The notes under the pieces were generated by a model, which ran no database searches, was not told where the DNA came from, and saw only the letters and a list, made by a program, of their open reading frames with translations. This document shows, one piece after another, positions 10,208 through 19,193 of a stretch of DNA of 64,000 nt. This stretch comes from Planctomycetota bacterium (GTDB lineage Bacteria; Planctomycetota; UBA11346): positions 86,803-150,802 of the forward strand of contig BJHQ01000012.1 of assembly GCA_014193115.1 (NCBI GenBank), in the 5' to 3' direction. The position numbers and the translations under genes are program-made. The number at the start of each line of letters is the position of its first letter. The first letter of the stretch is position 1.

Positions 10208-10825
10208 TCAGATCAGCTTATCGACGATCCCGTAGGCCTTGGCTTCGGCGGCGTCGAGCCAGTAGTCGCGGTCGCAGTCCTCGGCGACTTTCTCGATCGG
10301 CTGGCCGCAGTTCTCGGCGAGCAGCTTGAGCAGCATCTCCTTCGACTTGAGGATCCGCTTGGCGCTGATCTCGATGTCGGTGGCCTGGCCGCGGGCGCCG
10401 CCCAGGGGCTGGTGGAGCAGGACCTCAGCGTGGGCCAGGGCGGCGCGTTCGCCCTTGGTGCAGCCGGACAGGATCACCGCGCCCATGCTCGCGGCCATGC
10501 CGCAGACCACGGCATGGACCGGACATTTGCTGCGCCGGATGCAGTCATAAATGGCCATGCCATCGATGATCGATCCGCCCGGCGAGTTGATGTAGAGCGT
10601 GATCGGCGTGGTCGCGTCTTCGAGCTGCAGGGCCACCAATTGCTGGCACAGGCTGTTGGCGATGGTGTTGTCGATGGCGTCGCCGAGCCACACGATCCGG
10701 TCCTTGAACAGGCGGGACACCAGATCGAGCGCTCGGGAGGAACGGTCGTGGGGAATGAGGACTTTGGGATTCATGGCGTGGCTCGGTTGTTCCTGTTCGT
10801 CGTCTTCGTCATCGGCGTAGGGCAT
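10208..10825 (-). CDS. clpP: ATP-dependent Clp protease proteolytic subunit
   Basis: Catalytic Ser (GMAASMGA), His (HQPLGG) and Asp context. The ORF extends upstream to 10948, and the acidic N-extension is probably not translated. Confidence 0.85.
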   Translation of the reverse strand: MPYADDEDDEQEQPSHAMNPKVLIPHDRSSRALDLVSRLFKDRIVWLGDAIDNTIANSLCQQLVALQLEDATTPITLYINSPGGSIIDGMAIYDCIRRSKCPVHAVVCGMAASMGAVILSGCTKGERAALAHAEVLLHQPLGGARGQATDIEISAKRILKSKEMLLKLLAENCGQPIEKVAEDCDRDYWLDAAEAKAYGIVDKLI

Positions 10826-10978
10826 GGCAGGGGATTCCGATCCGGAGGTGGATGCAGCGTCACAGGTACCGCACCGACGCCAAGGCGCCAATTGCCAAAA
10901 CCTTGCGCTTCTGTGGAAGCCTCGTCGGGCTTCGGGCACAGGCCGCACAGAGTGCGGCGCTCCGGGTTTCTTCCCGGC

Positions 10979-12796
10979 TCAGGCTTTGGCCTGGATCGGC
11001 GCGGCGGTCACCAGGTGCAGTTCCTTCAGCTGGCGGTCGCCAGCCGGGGTCGGGCAGTCGAGCATCTCGTCGCGGGCGCGCTGGGTCTTGGGGAAGGCCA
11101 CCACGTCGCGGATCGATTCGGCGCCGGCCATGAGCATGATCAGACGGTCGAGGCCGAAGGCCATGCCGCCGTGGGGCGGCGCGCCGAACGACAAGGCGTG
11201 CAGCAGGAATCCGAATTTGCGCTGGGCATCCTCGGCCGAGATGCCGAGGGCGGCGAAGACCTTGCCCTGGGTTTCGGCGTCGTGGATACGGATCGAGCCG
11301 CCGCCGATCTCGCAGCCGTTCAGCACCATGTCATAGGATTTCGAACGGACATGGCCGCGGTCGGTCTGGATCCGGTCGATGTCCTCGGCGTAAGGCGCGG
11401 TGAACGGATGGTGGACGGCGACGAACTGCTGGGCCTCTTCGGACCATTCGAACAGCGGCGCCGAGTGGACCCACAGGAACTGCCAGTCGTTGGGCTTGGC
11501 CAGGCCGAGGCGGTTGACGCCAAGTTCGACGCGCAGCGCGCCGAGCACGCTGCACACCGTCTTTTCGACATCGGCGCCGAAGAACAGCACGTCGCCAGCG
11601 GCCACGTCGAGACGGACGCGGAGGGCTTCGCGGGCGGCGTCGCTGATGTTCTTGGCGGCGGGTCCCTGCCAGTCGAGCTTTCCTTCGGCGCCAGCGGCGA
11701 CCTTGATCCAGGCCAGGCCCTTGGCGCCGAGGCCCTTGGCGAACTCGGTCAACTGGTCGAGGGTCCGCCGCGACAACTGTTCGTTGGCGCCCTTAGCGTT
11801 CAACGCGCGGACCACGCCGCGACCAGCGTGGCTGGGCCGGTCGGTGGCGGCCACCGCCGACTGGAACACCGAGAAACCGCAGTCCTTGGCCCAATCGCTG
11901 AGGTCGACAATCGGCATGGCGAAGCGCAGGTCGGGCTTGTCGCTGCCATAGCTGGCCATCGCCTCGGCGTAGGTCATCCGGCGCAGCGGCGGCAGCTCGT
12001 GGTTCATCAGCTTCTTCCACAGACCGCGGACCAGGCCTTCGCCGATGGTCATGATGTCGTCCATGTCGATGAACGACATCTCCAGATCGATCTGGGTGAA
12101 CTCCGGTTGGCGGTCCTGGCGCAGATCCTCGTCGCGGAAGCAGCGGGCGATCTGCACATACCGGTCATAGCCCGAGACCATCAGCAATTGCTTGAACAAC
12201 TGCGGCGATTCGGCCAGGGCATAAAAGCTGCCGGGGTGGACCCGGGACGGCACCAGATAATTGCGGGCGCCGCCGGGGGTGTGCTTGCACAGGATCGGGG
12301 TCTCGATCTCGATGAAGCCGTTGGCGTCGAAATAATCGCGGGCCAGTTTCACCGCCTGGTGGCGGAGGATCAGGTTGCGCTGCATCGCCGGCCGGCGCAG
12401 GTCCAAAAAGCGGTATTTCAGCCGGACCTCTTCGCCGACCTTGGCGTGTTCGTCGATCTCGAACGGCGGAGTCTCGGCCTTGTTGAGCACGGTCAGCGCG
12501 GTGGCAAAGACCTCGATCGCGCCGGTGGCCAGGTTGGGGTTGGTCTTGTCGCCGCGGCTGCGCACGGCGCCGCTGATCTGCAACACCCATTCCGAGCGCA
12601 GCTTGTTGGCCAAATCATGGACGGCCGGACCGCAGATGTCGGGGTCGAAGGTGATCTGAGTGATGCCGGCGCGATCGCGCAGGTCGATGAAGATGATGCC
12701 GCCGTGGTCGCGCCGATTCTGCACCCACCCCGCCAAGGTGACGGTCTGATCGAGATGGGCGGCGCGCAGGTCGCCGCAGGTATGGGTGCGCAGCAT
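10979..12796 (-). CDS. aspS: aspartate--tRNA ligase
   Basis: A 605-aa class II aaRS with an N-terminal OB fold (GWVQNRRDHGGIIFIDLRD) and AspRS motifs throughout. Confidence 0.9.
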   Translation of the reverse strand: MLRTHTCGDLRAAHLDQTVTLAGWVQNRRDHGGIIFIDLRDRAGITQITFDPDICGPAVHDLANKLRSEWVLQISGAVRSRGDKTNPNLATGAIEVFATALTVLNKAETPPFEIDEHAKVGEEVRLKYRFLDLRRPAMQRNLILRHQAVKLARDYFDANGFIEIETPILCKHTPGGARNYLVPSRVHPGSFYALAESPQLFKQLLMVSGYDRYVQIARCFRDEDLRQDRQPEFTQIDLEMSFIDMDDIMTIGEGLVRGLWKKLMNHELPPLRRMTYAEAMASYGSDKPDLRFAMPIVDLSDWAKDCGFSVFQSAVAATDRPSHAGRGVVRALNAKGANEQLSRRTLDQLTEFAKGLGAKGLAWIKVAAGAEGKLDWQGPAAKNISDAAREALRVRLDVAAGDVLFFGADVEKTVCSVLGALRVELGVNRLGLAKPNDWQFLWVHSAPLFEWSEEAQQFVAVHHPFTAPYAEDIDRIQTDRGHVRSKSYDMVLNGCEIGGGSIRIHDAETQGKVFAALGISAEDAQRKFGFLLHALSFGAPPHGGMAFGLDRLIMLMAGAESIRDVVAFPKTQRARDEMLDCPTPAGDRQLKELHLVTAAPIQAKA

Positions 12797-12918
12797 GGGT
12801 GCCTCTGGTGGTGCCGGCGGGGCGCGACTGCAGGGCGTCGCGCGGCCCGGGTCCGGCCGGGGCGAAGCAGCTTAGGTAGGGCCTCCACCGCGGCAATCAG
12901 GTGGCGGCAAACAGGCCA

Positions 12919-14589
12919 TCAATCGCGAAGCAGCCGACCCGCGCCGCGGCCGGTCAGCGCCGAAGCGGTCCACAGCGCGCAGGCCAGGAACAGCATGCAC
13001 CAGGTGGCGAAGGCGCAGGCCAGGGCCGGACCATTGCCGAGGATCTCGGTCAAGCTGTAGAGCACCCGGGTGATCGGCCAGAAATCGCGTTTCTGGGCGA
13101 TGACCAGCGAATCGCTGACTTCGAGCATCGAAAAGCTGAAGGTCAGCAGCATGCCTGCCGCCAGCGAGGCGGCGATCAGCGGCAGCACGATCCGGGTCAG
13201 GCGCAGCCACGGCCCGGCACCGCAGGCGGCAGCGGCTTCTTCCAGCGCCACCGGCGTCTGCTGGAGGCCCGCCGCCACCGCCCGAACGACATACGGCACC
13301 CGGCGCACGGCGTAGGCGCAGATCAGCAACAGCGTGGGATTCTGACGCGGATCGATGATCGGGCCGAGCACCGGCACACTCGCCAAAAGCACGCCCAGTA
13401 CCAACGTGCCGAAGGCGATGATCAGTCCGGGCACCGCCAAGGGCAGCATCGCCAGCAGGTCGAGACCCTGCCAGCCGAACGGCCGGGCGCGCACTGCGAT
13501 CCAAGCGATGGCGGCGCCGAGACTTCCCGCCAGGACGGTGGCGGCGCCAGCGTACAGCAGGCTGTTGAGGATACCCGGCACGACGTGGGGGTGGGCCAGG
13601 GCCTGGGCGTAATGATCGGTGGTGAACCAGCGCGGCAGCACGGTGCCGTACCATTCGCCGCTGAATGAGAGCAGCGCCACCGCCGCGTGAGGTGCAGCGG
13701 CGAGAATGATCACGACCACGAACGGGCTCGCCGCCGCCACCGCCCACCAGCCGCGCAGCGCCACCGTCGGCCACGGAGCCGAGGCGCCTTTGCCCAAAGC
13801 ATCCGCCCGGCGCCCGAAAATCCCTTGGCCGATACCATAGATCAGCGCCGCCAGGGTCAGCATCACCACGACCTGGGCGAAGGGCAGGCGGTTCTTTTCG
13901 ACCTCGGCCAGACCGTTGAAGATCTGCACCGCCAAGTGTCGATCGAAACCGAGCATCAGCGGCGTGCCGAGTTCGGTGAAGCTCCACACGAACACCACCG
14001 AGGCGCCAGCGAACAACCCCGGCGCAAGCAGCGGAAGCAGCACCCGGCGCCACACCGTCAGCGGGCCGGCGCCGGCGGCGCGGGCGGCCTCGACCAGGGC
14101 CGGATCGAGCCGGGCCAAGGCCGCGGTCGTGGTGAGATACAAAAATGGGTACAGATGCAGCGCCTCGATGGCGACCACCGCGGCCAGGCGGTGGTCGCCC
14201 AGCCAGTCGATCTCCTGCCCTGGCGCCACGATTCCGAGGCCGACCAGCAGCGCATTGAGCGCGCCATGGCGGCCGAGGACCTGGACGAAGCCGATGGCGC
14301 CGACGAACGGCGGCAGGATCAGCGGCGCGAGCAGCAGGGCCTCAGCCACGCCCCGTCCGGCGAAGCGATAACGCGCCGCTATCCACGCCAACGGCAAGGC
14401 GATGGCCAGACAGGCGACGGTGGTGACGGAGGCGATGCCGAGGGCATTGAACACACCGTCGCGCAGCACCGGGTGCTGCGCGATCTCGGCCAGGTTGCTG
14501 AGGGAGACCCCGCCGATGGCGATGGCCACCGGCGCGATCAGAAACAGCGTCAGAAAGCCGGCACAGGCGGCGTAGAGCAGCCAGATCAT
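12919..14589 (-). CDS. Fe(3+)-type ABC transporter permease (two fused transmembrane domains, FbpB-like)
   Basis: A 556-aa protein with about 12 TM segments and two BPD-transporter-type repeats. Its first 16 codons (MIWLLYAACAGFLTLF) lie in the duplicated leader element. Confidence 0.8.
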   Translation of the reverse strand: MIWLLYAACAGFLTLFLIAPVAIAIGGVSLSNLAEIAQHPVLRDGVFNALGIASVTTVACLAIALPLAWIAARYRFAGRGVAEALLLAPLILPPFVGAIGFVQVLGRHGALNALLVGLGIVAPGQEIDWLGDHRLAAVVAIEALHLYPFLYLTTTAALARLDPALVEAARAAGAGPLTVWRRVLLPLLAPGLFAGASVVFVWSFTELGTPLMLGFDRHLAVQIFNGLAEVEKNRLPFAQVVVMLTLAALIYGIGQGIFGRRADALGKGASAPWPTVALRGWWAVAAASPFVVVIILAAAPHAAVALLSFSGEWYGTVLPRWFTTDHYAQALAHPHVVPGILNSLLYAGAATVLAGSLGAAIAWIAVRARPFGWQGLDLLAMLPLAVPGLIIAFGTLVLGVLLASVPVLGPIIDPRQNPTLLLICAYAVRRVPYVVRAVAAGLQQTPVALEEAAAACGAGPWLRLTRIVLPLIAASLAAGMLLTFSFSMLEVSDSLVIAQKRDFWPITRVLYSLTEILGNGPALACAFATWCMLFLACALWTASALTGRGAGRLLRD

Positions 14590-14597
14590 GGGCGCCT

Positions 14598-14662
14598 CCT
14601 GGGAGCGCAGGCTTCAGCCTGCCTGCAACGCGTAACGGCAGGCTGAAGCCTGCGCTCCCAGG
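14598..14662. repeat. REP-like palindromic element, copy A1 (26-bp perfect stem CCTGGGAGCGCAGGCTTCAGCCTGCC, 13-nt loop)
   Basis: A perfect inverted repeat read directly from the sequence. Its 3' arm overlaps the AGGAGG SD of the permease. Confidence 0.9.
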
Positions 14663-14728
14663 ACATCATCGTCACTGTGATCAGGAACAGCGTCAGAAAG
14701 CCGGCACAGGCGGCGTAGAGCAGCCAGA

Positions 14729-15274
14729 TCATGGGCGGGCACCAGTGCGCATCGCGTCGTACAGCGCATCAATGACCGTCTTATCAACCAGTGGATCGAA
14801 CGTGCAGACGACCCCGATCGTCATGTCCCCTTCGACCAGGATCGCACGTTCAAAGGTCGTGTTCTCCCTGATATCGCTCCACCTTTTTGCTTTCCGACTC
14901 GAATCGAAAGGGCCGTAGATTTTCACGACGATCCCCTGGGTTCCGGGGACCATCTCGTTCTCCCAGCGGAAACCAGAATCCGGGGATTTTCCATTTGGAT
15001 ACTGGACCTGACCCATCTTTGCGTTGCGCGAAAGCACGGCGATGTTGTGGATGGTATGGTACATCACAATGCTTTCCTTTCCGAGAATCTGCAGGTATTT
15101 CCCGATGAGCTGCTGGTGCTTCGCCTCGGCTGGACCGTCTTCGCTCCAGAGTGCGGCGATGAATAGCAAAGGAAGCAGCAGATGGCCACGTGGCGCTTGC
15201 ATGACGATGGCCACCGGCGCGATCACGAACAGCGTCAGAAAGCCGGCGCAAGCGGCGTAGAGCAGCCAGATCAT
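14729..15274 (-). CDS. small secreted protein, paralog 1 (181 aa incl. leader; predicted signal peptide)
   Basis: It shares about 65% identity with ORF 15414-15968. A signal-peptide-like MQAPRGHLLLPLLFIAALWS follows the 24-aa duplicated leader. Family unknown. Confidence 0.5.
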   Translation of the reverse strand: MIWLLYAACAGFLTLFVIAPVAIVMQAPRGHLLLPLLFIAALWSEDGPAEAKHQQLIGKYLQILGKESIVMYHTIHNIAVLSRNAKMGQVQYPNGKSPDSGFRWENEMVPGTQGIVVKIYGPFDSSRKAKRWSDIRENTTFERAILVEGDMTIGVVCTFDPLVDKTVIDALYDAMRTGARP

Positions 15275-15282
15275 GGGCGACT

Positions 15283-15347
15283 CCTGGGAGCACAGGCTTC
15301 AGCCTGCCTGCAACGCGTAACGGCAGGCTGAAGCCTGCGCTCCCAGG
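15283..15347. repeat. REP-like palindromic element, copy A2 (one mismatch in stem)
   Basis: Same sequence as A1 with a single A/G difference. Confidence 0.9.
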
Positions 15348-15413
15348 ACATCATCGTCACTGTGATCAGGAACAGCGTCAGAAAGCCGGCGCAGGCGGCG
15401 TAGAGCAGCCAGA

Positions 15414-15968
15414 TCATGGGCGGGCACCAGTGCGCATGACCTCGTAGAGTGCGTCGACGAGGTTCTTGTCCGACTGGGGGCCGAACGAACAAGCAACACC
15501 GATCATCACCTTTCCGTCAACCAGGATCGCCCGTTCAAACGATTGGTCATCCCTGCCATCGCTCCAGGGATGTTGCGCTCCACTTAAATCAAAGGGGCCA
15601 CAGATGTTTACGACGATACCGTGTGCTCCAGGAATCATTTCATTTTCCCAGCGAAAACCGCTGTCCCTGGCCATGCCATTCGGGTACTGCACCCGGCCCA
15701 TTTTGCCATTGAGCGACAAGATAGTGACGTTGTCGATGGTCTGATACAGCACCAAGCCGTCTTTTCCAAGTATTTGCGTGTAATGCCCAATGAGCTGCTG
15801 GTGCTTCGCCTCGGCTGGACCGTCTTCGCTCCAGAGTGCGGCGATGAAAAGCAAAGGAAGCAGCCTGCTCAGCAGATGGCCACATGCCACTTGCATGGCG
15901 ATGGCCACCGGCGCGATCAGAAACAGCGTCAGAAAGCCGGCGCAGGCGGCGTAGAGCAGCCAGATCAT
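15414..15968 (-). CDS. small secreted protein, paralog 2 (184 aa incl. leader)
   Basis: Paralog of 14729-15274. Same leader, signal peptide and a conserved GFRWENEM core. Confidence 0.5.
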   Translation of the reverse strand: MIWLLYAACAGFLTLFLIAPVAIAMQVACGHLLSRLLPLLFIAALWSEDGPAEAKHQQLIGHYTQILGKDGLVLYQTIDNVTILSLNGKMGRVQYPNGMARDSGFRWENEMIPGAHGIVVNICGPFDLSGAQHPWSDGRDDQSFERAILVDGKVMIGVACSFGPQSDKNLVDALYEVMRTGARP

Positions 15969-15976
15969 GGGCGCCT

Positions 15977-16041
15977 CCTGGGAGCGCAGGCTTCAGCCTG
16001 CCTGCAACGCGTAACGGCAGGCTGAAGCCTGCGCTCCCAGG
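15977..16041. repeat. REP-like palindromic element, copy A3
   Basis: Identical to A1. It lies between the SBP stop and the small paralog-2 start. Confidence 0.9.
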
Positions 16042-16044
16042 ACA

Positions 16045-17673
16045 TCATCGTCCCTCCCGGGCCAATTGCGCGGCCAGGCGGTACCGCCGGATGGCCTCCA
16101 CCGTCCAGGTCCTGAGCAGCGCGAGGCGGGTCGCCGGATCGTCCAGTTCCTTGCGATCCATCACGGCTTTCGCGTCGGCGTGGCCGCAGGGCAGCCAGGT
16201 GAACTCGGTCCACGCCGCGGGGACCTGCTCGGGGCCGCCGGCAGTGATGATCGCCTGCCACGCCGCCTGCAATTCAGGCAGCGGATCCAGGCAAAGGGCC
16301 TTGGTGTAGGGGCCGATGAAAGGATAGAGCCCTTTGGTCCATTCCGGGCGGAAGGTGAACGCCGCAGCGGTGGCCATCGGATCCAGGTCGGGGTCGCTCA
16401 TCAGTTGGCGGTCGGCGGCGGTATACGCGTCGAGCCGGATCGGGACCCGGCGCAGGTTGTACACCGTCGGACCTCCTGGCGTCCCGACCCGGTAGTTCCA
16501 CAACCGCTGACCTTCGGGCGACAGGACAAAGGTGATGAATTGCACCGCGAGGTCGCGGTTCTTCGCCCCGCGGAGCAGGGCGATGGGATCCGCCGACAGC
16601 GACGTGCCGCCCGCCGGCACCACGAACACCAGGCGCGCCGTCCCGGGAGTCTTCCCTGGGCCGCCGGCTTCGCGGGTCGTCCAGTCGGCCTCGCTGCGGC
16701 CGTGGAAATCAATGGCAACGCCGGCCGCGGCATCGCCACGGGCCACATCGCGCACCGCCTTCGACGATCCGTCGGCCACCGAGCGGGCGTTGCCGGCCAG
16801 GCGCTTGATCAGCATCCACGCGTCGCGCCAGCCGCTCTCCAGGGCTTTTTCATCAGCGGTCACCTTGGCCGGATCGACCGGCTGGCCGGCCGAAGCCGCG
16901 AGGCGGATGCGCTCCTGGATGATCCGCTCCATGGCCGTCGCCGGCACCGCCGAGCGGGTCGGGTCCGAGAACGTGGTCTGGTGGAACAGACGCGGATCGC
17001 CGAGATCGGCCCAGCCGGTGGGCAGGGGCAGGCCGAGGGCGGCCAGGCGCTCGGGTGAGGCGCAGATCCCGAAGACGCTCAGACAAGCACCGAAATACCG
17101 GCCCTTGGCGTCGTACATGGTCTCGCCGCTGAGGGTCTGGGGAATGATTGCTGGGGCGAACCAGTCGGCGTGATCGCGGAGCAGCCCGGCATCGACCAGA
17201 TAGCCTTTTCCGGCCAGCTGACGGTGCGGGAACTCGCCGCCGCCGAAGAACACATCGTGGTCGCAGCTGGTCTGTGAATCGAGGAACGCCGCCCGGCAGG
17301 CCTTGCGCCGCGCGGCTTGTTCCGCAGGGAGATCCTTGGGCAATTTGTCGGAGGTCATCGCTTCGGCGACATCCTTGCCGAGATCAGCGAAGTCGCGGCC
17401 GGCGCCAGCGGCGAACGCCGCGGCGTAGCGGGCATCGAGCATCCGGGTGATGTCGTTGGTCCCGCCCGGGCTGCGCCAGTCCACCGCCACGTCCTCGCCG
17501 CTGGTCCGCTTCATGAACGAGGCAAAGGCGACGCCAAATTCGTAGCGGATCTGCTCTCCATGGGGACTGACCACGATCACCGAGCGCTGCGGCGCCGGTT
17601 TCGCCGCCGGGCGCAGCAGCAGCGGCGCCGCGATCAACGCCAGCAGCAGAGCGAGGGGCAGCCAGCGGATCAT
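16045..17673 (-). CDS. ABC transporter periplasmic substrate-binding protein (Fe(3+)/solute family 1-like)
   Basis: Signal peptide (MIRWLPLALLLALIAAPLLL), 542 aa. It sits between the ABC ATPase and the permease. Family assignment comes from context and weak similarity. Confidence 0.5.
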   Translation of the reverse strand: MIRWLPLALLLALIAAPLLLRPAAKPAPQRSVIVVSPHGEQIRYEFGVAFASFMKRTSGEDVAVDWRSPGGTNDITRMLDARYAAAFAAGAGRDFADLGKDVAEAMTSDKLPKDLPAEQAARRKACRAAFLDSQTSCDHDVFFGGGEFPHRQLAGKGYLVDAGLLRDHADWFAPAIIPQTLSGETMYDAKGRYFGACLSVFGICASPERLAALGLPLPTGWADLGDPRLFHQTTFSDPTRSAVPATAMERIIQERIRLAASAGQPVDPAKVTADEKALESGWRDAWMLIKRLAGNARSVADGSSKAVRDVARGDAAAGVAIDFHGRSEADWTTREAGGPGKTPGTARLVFVVPAGGTSLSADPIALLRGAKNRDLAVQFITFVLSPEGQRLWNYRVGTPGGPTVYNLRRVPIRLDAYTAADRQLMSDPDLDPMATAAAFTFRPEWTKGLYPFIGPYTKALCLDPLPELQAAWQAIITAGGPEQVPAAWTEFTWLPCGHADAKAVMDRKELDDPATRLALLRTWTVEAIRRYRLAAQLAREGR

Positions 17674-17797
17674 GGCTGGGAACGCCGAGCGCCAGCCCGG
17701 CCCGCTGGGCTGGAGACGGAAATCCAGGGCTTACGCGAAAACAAGGTGCGCGCTTTCCGCGGCGGCGATGCCCACCTCTCCAATGTCTGTGCACACT

Positions 17798-17990
17798 CCA
17801 GCCGAGCTGGTGCTCGGCGCTCCCAGGCAAGCTCCAGCTCAAACTCCAGCTCAAACTCCAGCCGAGCTGGTGCTCGGCGCTCCCAGGCAAGCTCCAGCTC
17901 AAACTCCAGCCGAGCTGGTGCTCGGCGCTCCCAGGCAAGCTCCAGCTCAAACTCCAGCCGAGCTGGTGCTCGGCGCTTCCAGGCAAGCAT
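17798..17990. repeat. tandem repeat (about 3.7 copies of a 48-60-bp unit) with palindromic core GCCGAGCTGGTGCTCGGC
   Basis: The unit ccagccgagctggtgctcggcgctcccaggcaagctccagctcaaact repeats directly between the ABC ATPase stop and the SBP start. Confidence 0.85.
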
Positions 17991-19048
17991 CATGGCAGCA
18001 CCACGACATGTTCAGGAGAAACAGCTAAACGCAGGGCGTCACCTGGACGACGTTCCGGTGCGGCCGGTTCACTGACCACCAGGCGGACCTCGCCGCAACG
18101 CACCGTCCACAGCGCGACCGGGCCGAGGAACGTGCCCGATTCGATGACCCCGCTGATCGTTCCGGGGTCGCCGATCCGTAGCCGTTCCGGACGCAGACAA
18201 AGCGTGGCTGGGCCGGTGGCGGCGGAGGACGCTGTTGCCAGTCGGCCGAGGGCGGATTCGACCACGCCTTTTTCCACCACTCGGCCAGGGATGAGGTTCG
18301 CATCGCCGATGAACGAGGCCACCACCCGGCTGGCTGGGCGGTCGTACAGTTCGCGGGGCGTCCCGACCTGGGCGATGCGGCCGCCATCCATCAGCGCGAT
18401 CCGGTCGGCGGTGGACAGCGCCTCGGCCTGATCGTGGGTGACCGAAATCGCGGTCACGCCGGCGGCTTTGCAGGCGGTACGGATCTCGGCCCGCATCTCG
18501 ACCCGCAGCCGGGCATCGAGATTCGACAGCGGTTCATCGAGCAGCAGCACCCGGGGCCTGGTCACCAGGGCCCGGGCCAAGGCCACCCGCTGCTGCTGGC
18601 CGCCGGACAGCTCGCCGACCCGGCGGCCGGAGAAACCGCCTAGGCCGACCTGATCCAGGGCTTCGCCGATCCGCTTCGCCCGATCTTTGCTTGGAATAGC
18701 GAGGACTTCCAGGCCGAAGCCGACATTGCCGGCCACGTCCAGATGCGGCCACAAGGCATAATGCTGGAAGACCATGCCGATCCCGCGCCGTTCCGGCGGC
18801 AGCTTGGTCACGTCCTGGTCGGCGAAACGAACGCTGCCCGCATCCGGGGCCAGGAAGCCGGCAACGATGCGCAGCAACGTGGTCTTGCCGCAGCCGCTGC
18901 CGCCGAGCAGGAAGAAGATCTCTCCGGCGGCGATGGCCAGTTCTATCCCGGCCAGGACCCGGTTCTTACCGTCATAGGATTTCTCCACGGCCTGGATCGA
19001 CACGGCGGTCGCCTGCTGGCGGGCGGATGGCGCAGCGCGGTCGCTCAT
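17990..19048 (-). CDS. ABC transporter ATP-binding protein (FbpC/PotA-like with C-terminal TOBE-like domain)
   Basis: Walker A (GGSGCGKTT), signature (LSGGQQQRVALARAL), Walker B (LLLDEP). The ORF extends to 19408, but the Gly/Ala-rich extension is probably untranslated. Start chosen at MSDRAAPS. Confidence 0.85.
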   Translation of the reverse strand: MSDRAAPSARQQATAVSIQAVEKSYDGKNRVLAGIELAIAAGEIFFLLGGSGCGKTTLLRIVAGFLAPDAGSVRFADQDVTKLPPERRGIGMVFQHYALWPHLDVAGNVGFGLEVLAIPSKDRAKRIGEALDQVGLGGFSGRRVGELSGGQQQRVALARALVTRPRVLLLDEPLSNLDARLRVEMRAEIRTACKAAGVTAISVTHDQAEALSTADRIALMDGGRIAQVGTPRELYDRPASRVVASFIGDANLIPGRVVEKGVVESALGRLATASSAATGPATLCLRPERLRIGDPGTISGVIESGTFLGPVALWTVRCGEVRLVVSEPAAPERRPGDALRLAVSPEHVVVLP

Positions 19049-19193
19049 GGCGGCAGCCTCGCGCCGGCCGGATCCAGGCAAGTGCTCCAACCACCGAGCC
19101 GGATCGCTGCCCAGCGTTGCCTCGCTGCCATGCCAACCTAGCGTGCGTCCCCCCTCCCGGCCCGCAGCCCCGCCTGGAACCACGCCGACCACC

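Noticed and set aside
12919-14589. Possibility that MIWLLYAACAGFLTLF is the native permease N-terminus and the upstream copies are mere duplications of it.
   Set aside because: This was not fully rejected. The same 16 codons also head two unrelated small genes and two hairpin-spanning leader ORFs, so the leader is treated as part of a repeated module. The direction of copying cannot be decided from this window alone.
17670-17993. ORFs translating the tandem repeat (e.g. ...RAPARLEFELELAWER... repeated).
   Set aside because: Their periodicity simply reflects the DNA repeat. They are intergenic between two operon genes.
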